DNA of 64,000 bases from Lama glama (taxonomy: Eukaryota), in assembly GCA_028534125.1 (NCBI GenBank), contig CM052816.1:79672001-79736000 (forward strand). The letters run 5' to 3'. The notes under the pieces were generated by a model, which did not search any database, had not been told where the DNA came from, and saw only the letters and a list, made by a program, of their open reading frames with translations. Numbering within the stretch: position 1 is the stretch's first letter; the number at the start of each line of letters is the position of its first letter. Shown one piece after another: positions 24,555 through 36,101 of the stretch. The position numbers and the translations under genes were made by a program.

Positions 24555-26371
24555 GGGATAAAAGGATGGGAGACAGCTGGCAGAGAGATGAGGAAGAGAT
24601 AGGAAAAGGAAAGACAATCACAGGAGCAGCAACCCACCCTGAGCAAATCAAAGAATTTCTTGGAAGGCAGCACTGGCTGTGTGTGAACAACTGGCTTGCA
24701 AATCACTTCCTGCCTTTGTTATATAATAATAATCATTTCGGTGTCACTGATGAAAGCCCAGAACAGAAGGGAATCACAGCGTACTGGCCAGTTTCCCATA
24801 TGGCTTTTGTGTCGAATAAGGCTTCAAATGTGGGGGTCTGTATGTCTGACTCCACCGACCTGAAGAGGCAGATTTAAGACTGGTCATAACATAGCTTTTC
24901 GAGAGAGGAAGTCCCAGATGAGTTTGCCTTGGCAACAAAAGGAAAGGACAAAACAAGAGGACAATCCAAAACCTTTGCCTAAATTCAAATTGCAGCTCTC
25001 TTAGCAAATTACCAAGAAGCAAACTGACTGCTGGATTTTGTAATCCAAGGGACGACAAAACCCTTTTGTGCTGGAGAGATGGCTACTGATTATCTTTCCT
25101 ATTGAAATCTGATCAGGATAACCACCCTTTACTAAGTGCTCACAATATATCAGGCATGGTATTTTATACGCATGATTTCTCCTCCTTAAAATAACCCTTT
25201 GTGATGGAAATTATTACCCCTATGTAAAAGATAAGGAAACTGAGACATAAAAAATTTATTTGCTCAAGCTTAAACAGCAAATTAAAGCAGAGCTACAATT
25301 TAATTTCAGGTCTTGCCAACAGCAAGCCCCATGCCCCTTCCAGTACCCTAATTCAACTTTATTTAATTGTGTGAGACTCAGCGAATGTGTACACGGCCCT
25401 AACGTGTAGGCCTTTATGTGCTTCTCATTCTGCCTGTCTTACTGCTCTGAGTGAGATACAAATGACACGAAGTCGTCATGTACATCAGCGTCTTCTGTGT
25501 GTAGTTGGTTCCTTGCTCTGGATTGGTCTGCTCCTGGGTTGAGACATTTCTTTTGCCTTCTCCACAAGCTAGTAATGTACATTTCCTGTTTCCTCTGGGA
25601 CACGTCTCCCAGCACATCATGAATACTGAAAATCGGCTCGCAGGGTTTAATTAAGAAGCTGTGAAACAGACCTTACTCAGACAATGCTTGCAGTGGTGTG
25701 GATTTGTGATGTCCATTTGTCCCTGGAACTGTAGAATCTTAAAATTACGCTTATCAATCAGTGTAATTGTCGTGTGCAATGTTGGCGATTTTCTTCAATA
25801 CTTTTCATTCCTAGTGTCCATGCTCCCTAATATATGATATAAATTCCTAAGTTATTTTAGTTGTTTTATTAAAATTTTTTGTACTAATACCAACAATTTG
25901 AAGGGGAGGAGCAAGATTTACTAAGTCTCCCAAACTTACATGGCAGTATTTGAAACTTACATATACCATGGTTGGCTTAGGTGACAACTGTTTCTGAAAT
26001 GTCAACCAATCATCCCACAAATGAGCTTACCAGTTTCCTTCATAGCATTTTATCATGTGTACATATTTTTAATGTATCCTCTGTTTCCTTGAGGCACAGA
26101 AGGATATGGTTATTTGCAGAATAAATCTTGCCTGGATGAAGCAATAAAAATTGTTACTGTGTACCAGTAACTTCAGATTATTAAACCTTGCATACATAAA
26201 TAAAGTACTGGGGATGTGACTTATAGTGAAGGAGAATGGATCCCAGATTAAGCGTGTATGACTCCCCTATTATGGTGGTACCATACAGGGCACTACTACC
26301 AAAAAACTGAAAATATTATTGTTCATCTTACTTTGTTATTTTGTGTCGTTTGACTTTCCAGAAAACATCTT

Positions 26372-27270
26372 TGTATTAGAATGGGCTAAATTATGGTTTG
26401 GTAGCAAATTCCATTGGTATGCTCCAGATACCGGTTATTTTATAACACAGCACATCAACTTAGCAGTGTAAAGTGACAATCTTATTATTATGCTCACAAA
26501 TTCTGTACATCAGGAAATTAGACCCAACCCAGAGATGATGACTTGTATCTGGGGTCTCACATGAGAACTCTCAAATGGCTTAGGAGCTGAAATCACCTGG
26601 AAGCTTCTTCACTCACATGTTTGGTGCCTAGCTGAGATGACTCAGACTAGCTGGGACTCTTGACAAGAGCACCTATCTGTGAAGTGGGCTTGGGCTCACT
26701 GGCAGCTAGATTCTGACACGTGCAGAGAGCAGGTCTTCCAAGAGAGCAGATGCTCCAAGAGAAGCTGCCTGGCCCTGTCTGACCTCTCTTAGCCACCGTG
26801 CAGCATCACTTCCGCCACCCAAGTCGAAGGGAAGAGGAGACACAGTCTACCTCGTGCTGGGAGATTGGCAAATTCACACTGGAGCACGTTGGATGGGAGA
26901 TGCTGTGGGCTATCTTGATCATCTTTGGAATACCCTAGTGGCCATGCATTGACTTATAACAACAAGGGTTTATTTTGTGCTCAAAGTCTGCTGTGGATAC
27001 AGGCAATTCTGCAGAGCAGATGTCCTCCTGTTGGCATGGCTGCTGCTCCTCCATATCAACTCGGGATTCCACAACCACTGCTGCCAGGCATGAGCAGCGT
27101 GCGTGATCACACACCAACTCTTCGATACCACCACCTGGAAGGAGCAGAAGTCACTTCTACTCACATTTCACCGCTCGCATAGTCATTCTTAAATTCAGTG
27201 GAGCCCTGCTGTGTTCCCAGAAAGAAAAGAGAGCTCAAAATGTTGGCAAATGGCCGTGGTGTTCATCACC
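26372..27270 (-). mobile_element. Nested MaLR LTRs: MLT1G/H-like element (~26419-26935) inside an MLT1J/K-like LTR
   Basis: Outer LTR end tgtattagaatgggctaaattatg resumes after the insert at acaacaagggtttattttgtgctca; inner element has ttattatgctcacaaattctgt...ggaagcttcttcactcacatgt. Confidence 0.6.
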
Positions 27271-30200
27271 GCCTCGGAGATACTGCTCAAGTGGTGAAAC
27301 CCCGTAATTCCCTTCAGGGCTGGTTTTTGTACTTTGTCCAGTCACTTCATTCGTCACTTCATCCAGCTAACACATCTGTTTTAAATGCCTATGTGCAACA
27401 CATCAGTAGCTAGCTCCTGAAAGTAATTCAGCTGCCCCCACCAAAAGCATATAATTTTACATCAGAAAACTAACTGAAATTTCAGTTGCTTTGTCATTGA
27501 CACCTATGGGAGGTGGGGAGGCGGTGGGGGGTCTCTCTCAAATCCCCTCCAAGGCATATGAAATCAGACTTTTTTTCTCTCCTGACCTCCCATGGTCATC
27601 AATTTTATCATTTTCATATACTAATGTAGTCAAAACCCTTTTTCTTTCAATATTCATCATCTTTCTTCCCCTTTTCAGGCCTTAATTTCATGACAGACTA
27701 TTGAGGATGCAGCTGTATTTCCAGAAAATGCAGATGATAACTATTAATCAGACACTGCCATGGCAATAAACTGTATGATAAATTAAACGGCTGTAATCCA
27801 GTTTGGAGCTATCGCCCATCATTAATCTAACAGCATGAGTCCATTTGTTGTTGTTTTAAAGGAAATTTAGATATCAAGGCTGTGAGCGATGGATAACTCT
27901 GGCCAGAAGTCTCCTGCTTTCCAAAAGCAGATCTCATAAGCTGCATTTCAACAATGAAAGGAACAAAAACCATCAGGAGCTCTGTTTGGGGCTGGTTTGT
28001 GTTTCAGTCTTCAATTAGAAACTGTGTGTTTCTAGTGGAAAACCACAGTCCTCACTCTCTGGTGAGAAAGAATAAGAGGAAGAAATGAGCTCTGTAATAG
28101 ACTGAAGTGAGGATGTCGTGTTTTAGCCTGGCTGGCTGTCTTCCTGGGTGACTTTGAGTATGTAGAAAATCTCTCATAGCCTTGGTTTATCCCTGCAGCA
28201 AATCATCCTATGGAATCTCCCACTGAAATTTTCTAATTCATCGAGAACTTAGGGCTGTTAAACTTATTTAACAGCAAGTAATAGGAAATGCAAACAGTGG
28301 AAATCGTTGGAGGTACACATGAAAAATGTCTCCAAGACATGTTTAAATAAATGTGTAGATAGTAAAATTAAAAATTAGGATTGCTAAAGCGTTTCAGTAG
28401 AGACTCCTCTTTTGAAGTGCACCCACAATAACAAGAACCCTTGTAGAAATGATAGAAGAAACTTAGTTGTCTGCTAGTCTATCCCAGTATCTTAGGTGTA
28501 AGCTAGGTTAAAACTGGTAATTTATAGGATTATTATCATAGGTTTTAATTTGCTGAAACTACGTGGCTTCCTTAAGTCTTCCAAACTAGGTCAACCAGTT
28601 AGCCCTCAGATCTAGCATGCCATATCTGGCTGAGCCAAAAGGAATAAACAGAGATATCATCAAAACCAAAAGCAAAACCGACAATAGGTAGCCTGTTGAT
28701 GAACTTGCCTTTTAATGAAATCTCAGGTCTCTTAAGGTCAGTCAGGTGTAAGCTAAGTTAGATGATGATGATTATACTAAAAGGAAATTACTAAGCAGCT
28801 CAACATTTTGAATTCTAAGAATTTGAGTTACATCATGTTAGATACAGATCACCAACTTCATTTATTCTATGTTTTGGAAACCACTCTTTTACAGCCCACA
28901 GCTATACTTTTAAAGGTCACCTTCTTGTACTTTTCTAAAACTTTTGAAGGCTTACTTATTCTCAAACATTAAAGGAACTATCTACATGTGTATATTTGAT
29001 GTATATGTCTTCCATCTGTAAAACTCTACATGTATGTATGTATACTTTGTAAAATTCCCAAACATACATGCTGCCTGTAATTTCTTTCTTTTCTATACTT
29101 AAATACTAATAATGGCATTTTAAAATCTGAAATTAGGATCTCCTTTGTTGGCAATATCAAATTCCCAGTAAAATGCTGAGTTTAAAAATTGTCTCCTTTA
29201 AAATCAAGATCTGAGCTAAATGGCTTCTAAGATCTGCCGCTTCTCTGAGAGAAGGAAAGGATCTAGTATTTATCGGGGATGCACGGTGCGCCCCATGCCA
29301 CCTACAGCACCTTATTTAATACTCACAACAGTGCTCTCAGGTAGATGTTGTTGTTTGTCTCTTACAAATGAAAAACCCAAACCTCCTAAAGATGAAAGCT
29401 GGTTCAAGTTCACATGACCAGTCAGCAGGGAACCTGGAATTCCACCCCGAATCTGTCCGGTGTCCTTGCCCCTCCTCAGCTCACCTGGTAATTTGCAGTA
29501 AGCAGTGGCCATCTCCACCACAAAACATTAAGCCTTTTTTTTTTTTTCTTATCAAGCGGGGCCAGCAGCCAAACATACTCCTTTTATTGGCATCACAAAA
29601 AGTATCACTAATTCCCAAAAACCCATACACAGGAAATTCAACCCAAATTGAAAAGTTGGAATATTGTTAGTGTGTAGAGGGTAGTTGTTCCACATCTGAA
29701 GATTGATTGCAACAATCTTCTAGATAATGAAGGTCAAAATAACTGCTATTCAGGAAAAGACAGTTTGAAATATTTGAGAGTGGGTTGTAAAATTGTCCAA
29801 CTTAAGTCAGTACTGTATATTTAGAGAATTTAGCCAAAACGGCTTCCCAAGTTAATTCTTGAAAGTGAGTGAAAAAATTAAACCTGTTGTTCCCTATCTG
29901 TATTACAAACATGAATATATCTTACATATTGTTCTCATAAAGTTTTAAAAAGCGTTTTCCCTCCAGTGCTACCATAGTAAATGCACTGACATGCCCCATC
30001 TATGATAATCTTTTTATCAAGTCGGTTCCATGAGAAGCACTATGTATGTTTGACAAATCTTTTTTGTTTTTCCTTTTCCACATTTCATTGTCCTTTATTT
30101 TTTGAGCATTAAAATATATGTCTAAGAATAAACCAAGAGTTCTTTAATTGTGCTTTAAATTTCTTCTATATTCTGATTCTTCTAAATGTGGTTGTTTTAA

Positions 30201-32697
30201 GTTTGCCTCTCCTGATTTGGAATTTATCCTTTATTTTGGTTTTGAGTTTTACAAAAGCATTTTTCTCAAGAAACCCTGAGGATGTCAATCACAGCTTTAA
30301 CTGCTGTGAGTCCCATTACCACTCAGCCTCCGGTAAATTCTGCGTCCCAAGACGTACATTCTGATTGGCAACATCTACTTTGAGTGAAAAGTGGCTGAAC
30401 TGTCTCTCTGTTTCATTTCAACATAGGAAAGAAAGCTGCCTTTTAACACTGCACTTTAATCATTTCTGAAATGGGACGCTAGCGGACTCGTGTGAACCTT
30501 GAGGAAGCATTTTATCTTCCAGAGATGAGGGCAGAAGTGAAGCAATGATGCTGTCCAGGAGCGGTCGAGGCAGCACTACTAGAGCGAGTGATAAATCTCT
30601 CGGGGAAGGGAAGGTTGAGCCACACAGGAACTGGCAGCAGGAAAGTGAGTCTCGTGGAGCAGGAACAGTCACAAGCCTGACCAGTCAGTTTCCCAGCTGT
30701 GGCTGGCCCCCGCCATGACTGCATGAAACCTTTGCTGTGCTTTCTAGCTGGGTTGATATAAGATACTGTGAGACAGAAAACTGTATGAAAAATCAATTAC
30801 CTATGGTGAGAAAAAAGCTTGGCAGATGGGGTCGTGTTGGAAGGAGGGCTGGGGCTCACTTTAGCATCCTACTCTTCTCCGCAGCATCCATGCCTGTTCT
30901 GGGTCCCCAGAAGTTTAGGGACAGGAGTAGGGGTTTGGGGAGTGGGGAGCAGGGGTGAGGTGGTTGTAGGTTCTTTTTTGCTCCCAGGCTAGTTGGAAGC
31001 TCCACCTGCCTCTTCTTCTTTTCTTCTCAAATTCCTTTCCAAAGGAGTGAAAGAAGTCTTGGCTTCAGAAAGATTTAGGGAGACTAAATGTATAACCTAA
31101 TTTTTCTTTTAAAAAAGAGCTGACTTGATTGCCCTGGTTAATTAAACAGTAGCTTTGGCTGCAGCACTATTCTTGAAAAAGCACTGGGGGTATCTTTCAT
31201 CGCTCAAAGCCTATATATTCTGAGACCTCCATCCTTCCTGCAGAAAGAGGGAGTAAATTTCCACATTCTAAACCATTGACAGCATGTGTGGTGTCCCACC
31301 CTGGGCATGCGTCCCTGACTTCATAGTCTCACGAGGAGTTATCGTGATGATACACACATGGGGAAGACATTGAGGTGTTCCCCAAACCTCAATTAGGAAA
31401 GAAAGTTGCCATGCATATACTGAAAACTGTTGTGTTTAAGAAAGTGTATCTCTTCTTAGGAATGTAAAGGCCTTTATGGGAGGAATTTAACCCCCAATGT
31501 AATAAAATAATGTGCACATGGCCAAGAGATGCATGTTATTAAAAAAAAAAACTATAGGCAGAAACATACTTACAAACCTGTATTGCAAATGATTTGTTTA
31601 CATGCCTGTTTCCCACTACCGTGTAGGTTCCTTGAAGGAGAGCACAATATTAACTACATCTGTATGTGCTCCTTGGTATGGCCCCCAACCAGTGGCCAGG
31701 GTAGTCCATTTTAAATGATTGGTACTAAACATGTCATGTTGATCACCTACATTGACTGACTGGTAGGTTGATAGAACCAGACTCTGTCAGTGACTTGGCA
31801 CATGTAGCTTGGTGAGACTTCCATCATCCTAGGTGTGCAGATCATGATGAAGGATTTGTGGAGGCTCTGTTAACCAGTTCATACCATCAAAATAGCTTAA
31901 GGAAATTTTATGTGGTCTATTGTGAACAACCATGCTTGAAGCAATAAGTATCACCTAATTAATTTGAAGGAAATTCTCCCTCCACTAGACAGCATGTAAC
32001 AACCATCTGCATTGGCTATATTTTGAAAAATATTTCAGTATGGAACCCAGCGTTTCTAACTCTCACTGAGCATGCTGGTTTGAGCATGACTTTTCCTCCT
32101 CTAGGCTCCACCTTCTGATAATTATTATCATGAGACGTTTAGTCAACATGTGTAGTACTTAGGACTAATTAGAGTTGGGAAGAATGAGTGATGAAGTAAC
32201 CAGCCCACGGCAACTACTATTTCCTCCTTCTTTTTTGTTGTTTTATTTCACCGTGAACGTTTTCCTCAACCAGTCAGTGAGTCAACCAGACTCCAGTAGA
32301 ACTCACCAAGAGCCTGGGCTACAAAACTTAAAATATCTGGGCTCTCTAACTCCCTTAGCAATGAGTTAACTGCACTGAGCATTGAATATAACCAAACTTG
32401 TTTTCAAAATTGAAGTGACTTCAAGACTGTTGAGACCTTTATGGGAGGAACTTAGTCTAGAATGTATTAAAACAATGTGCTCATTACAAGGAGATGTATA
32501 TTGTGAAGAAAATAAGTGTACTCAAAACACTATGAAGATTTTGAAGCCAGTCTTTACTAATGCTTCTTCTCTTTTATTGATGAATCAGAAATGAATGAAC
32601 CTTAAACTAACAAGAAAGAAACAAAAGAAAGCTCAGATTTATTATGCCACTGTGTCCCAGGAAAAGCTAAAGGCAGTTAAAAAAGCTAACCTCATCA

Positions 32698-32831
32698 GGG
32701 AGGGTATAGCTCAAATGGTAGAGTGCATGCTTATCATCTACGAGGTCCTGGGTTCAATCCTCAATACCTCCATTAAAAAAGTAATTAAATAAATAAACCT
32801 AATTACCTCCCCCCACCAGGAAAAAAAAAAA
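32698..32831 (+). mobile_element. tRNA-derived camelid SINE (vic-1-like)
   Basis: gggagggtatagctcaaatggtagagtgcatgctt...gaggtcctgggttcaatcc...aaacctaattacctcccc plus poly(A). Confidence 0.9.
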
Positions 32832-33478
32832 CCAACCTAGCATTGCAAGGCTACCATTGCATGATCAGACTTTTGGAACATAAAAATCCATGTAAATAAC
32901 GAGTATGCTATAAGAGGGAAATTTTTGCAGTAAACTCCTATGTTAAAAAAAGAAGAAATCTCAAATGAACCACCTAATTTTACACCTCAAAGATCTATAA
33001 AAAAGAAGAACAAACTAAACACAAACTTAGCAGAAGGAAGGAAATAACAAAGATAAGAGCAGAAATAAATGAAATATAACATACCAAAATAATAGATAAA
33101 AATCAATGAAACTAAGAGTTGCTCTCTGGAAGAAATGAACAGAACTGACAAACCCATACCTAGACTGATTTTTTAAAACAGAGAGAGAGAAGCTTTAAAT
33201 AAATAAAATAAGAAATGAGAGATGATGGTACCACAGAAATGCAAAGGAGCATAAGAGAATACAGTGAGCAATTATACAGCAACTACTGGATAACCTGAAA
33301 GAAACTGATAAATTTCTGGAAACATACAATCTACCAAGATGAATCATGAAGAAATAGAAAGTCTGAACACAGATATAACTAGCATGGAGATTGAATCAGT
33401 AATCAAAAAACACCCAACAAAGAAAAGCCCAGGACCAGGTAGCTTCATTGGTAAATTCTACCAAACATTTAAAGATTA

Positions 33479-34141
33479 ATGTCAATTCTCACAGTCCTCT
33501 TAAAAAGTGAAGAGAAGGGAACACTTCCAAACTCATGTTATGAGGCCAGCATTACCCTAATACCAAAGCCACCCAAAGACATCATAAGAAAATACTACAG
33601 GCCAATATCCCTGATGAATATGGGTGTAAAAATCCTCAACAAAAAAAAAGCAAACAGAATCCAACAGCACACTAAATGGATCATGCACCATGACCAAATG
33701 GGATTGATCACTTGGATGCAATGATGGCTCAATGTATGCAAATCAATTAACATGATACACTACATTGATAAAATAAAGGATAAAAACCACATGAGTTTTA
33801 TCTCAATAGGTGTAATAAAAGTAGTTGACAAAATTCAACATCCCTTCATGATAAAAACTCTCAAAAAACTGGAAATAGAAAGAAAGTACCTCAGCATAAC
33901 TAAATCCATATATGAAAAACCTGCAGCTAACATCATAGTCAAAGGTGAAAAACTGAAAGCTTTTCCTCTAAGATCAAAGCTAGGACGCCCATTCTCACCA
34001 CTTCTATTTAACATAGTACTGGAAGTCCTATGCAGAACAGTTAGGCAAAAAAAAGTAATGAAAGGCATCCAGGTTGGAAAGGAAGATGTGAAATTGCCCT
34101 TATTTGCAGATGACATGCTCTTGCACATGGAAAAACCCTAA
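33479..34141 (+). pseudogene. L1 ORF2 reverse-transcriptase domain remnant
   Basis: ORF-track peptides [18 protein letters not shown] and [11 protein letters not shown]...FADDM, interrupted by stops and frameshifts. Confidence 0.9.
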
Positions 34142-35857
34142 AAATTCTGTTGGAACTAGAAAGTGAATTCTGTACAGCTGCAGAATACAAATCAACACAC
34201 AAAAAATCAGTTGTATTTCTATATGCAAACAACAGACTATCTGTAAAGAAAATTAGGAAAATGATCCCATTCACAATAGCACCAAAAAGAATAAAATATG
34301 AGGAATGAACCTAAGCAAGAAGTGAAAGACTCATATATTGAAAACTACAAAACACTGATGAAAGAAATTAAAGAATACACAAACAAATGGTTTATGAGTT
34401 GGAAGATTTAATAGTATTAAAAATGTCCATACTACAGAAGCAAATCTATAGACTCAATGTAACCCTATCAAAATCCGAATAGCATTTTTAAAGAAATAGG
34501 AAAAAAAAAACAGTTCTACAAAAATATGGAGCCACTAAAGACCATGAATAGCCAGATAAATCTTAAGAAGAATAAAGCTAAAGGTATCACACTTGTTGAT
34601 TCCAAAATATATTACAAAGATAACAGTAATCAAAAGAGTATGGTACTGGCATAAAGATAGATATATAAACCAAAGAAACTGAATAGAGAGCCCAGAAGTA
34701 AATCCACACATACATAGTCAATCAGTCTTTGACAAGGGTCCCAAGAATACACACCAAGGCAAGGATAGTCTTCTTCAGCAAATGGGGTTGAGAAAAGTGG
34801 ATATCCACATGCAAAAGAATGAAACTGGACCCTTATCTTATAGCATACACAAAACTCAACTCAAAATGGATTAAAGACTTATATGTAAGACGTGCAACTA
34901 TAAAACTCCTGAAAGAACACATATGGGAAATGCTTCACGACATTGGTCTTGTCAGTGATTTCATGAATATGACATCAAAAGCACAGACAACAAAAATAAA
35001 AATAAACAAGTGGTACTACATCAAACTAAACACTTCTGTGCAGCAAAGGAAACAATTAACAGAATAAAAGAAGAAACTATGGAATAGGAGAAAATATTCC
35101 CATATATCTGGTAAGGAAATAATATCCAAAATTTGGAAGGAACTCCTACAATTCAAGAGCAAAAACAAAAAAACAAAAAAAAAAAAAAACAGAACAGCTA
35201 GTAACAGATTTTAAAATGGGCTGAGGATTTGAATAGACATTTCTCCAAAGAAGACTTACAAATGGCCAAAAGATATATGAAAAAATGCTCACTGTCTCTA
35301 GTCGTCAGGGAAATGTAAATCAAAACCACAGTGAGATACCATCTCACACCTGTCAGGATGGCTATTACCAAAAGCGGTGGGGGAGACAGGTATTGTTGAG
35401 AACGTGGAGAAATTGGTACCCCTGCAGACTATTGGTGGGAATGCCAAATGTTAACAGCTGCAATAGGAAATAGTATGAAGATTCCTCAAAAAAATTAAAA
35501 ATAGAACTACTGTATAGATCCAAGGATCCCACTCCTGGGTATATATCCTGAAGAATGGAAATCCAGATCTTGAAGAGATATTAGCACTTCCATGTTGCTT
35601 GCAGCACTGTTCACAATATCCAAGACATGCAAACAACCTAAATGTTCATCAACAGATGAATGGCTAAAGAAAATGTTGTATATACACACAACGGAGTACT
35701 ATTCAGCCATCAAAAGAGCCTGCAATATGCTACAATGCTGATAAACCTGGGCGACATTACATTAAGTGAAATAAGCCAGTCACAGGAAGATAAATACTGC
35801 ATGAATCCCCTTATTTGAGGTATCTAAAACAATCTAATTCATAGAATCAAAAAATGG

Positions 35858-36101
35858 AAGTTAGTCCCTTGTCGGTTGTATCATTTGCAAATATTTTCTC
35901 CCATTCTGTAGGTTCTCTTTTTGTTTTGTTTATGGCATCCTTAGATGTGCAAAAGTTTTTAAGTTTAATTAGGTCCCATTTGTTAATTTTTGCTTTTATT
36001 TCAATTATTCTAGGAGCTGGTTCAAAAAAATATTGCTGCCATTTATGTCAAAGAGTGTTCTGCCTATGGTTTCCTCTAGGAGTTTTACAGCATCTGGGGT
36101 T
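35858..36101 (-). mobile_element. Antisense internal L1 ORF2 fragment inserted in the 3' UTR of the host L1
   Basis: Collinear with 63385-63620 (atcatttgcaaatattttctcccattc...ctaggagtttta); flanked by AAAAAATGG at 35849-35857 and 36102-36110. Confidence 0.85.
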
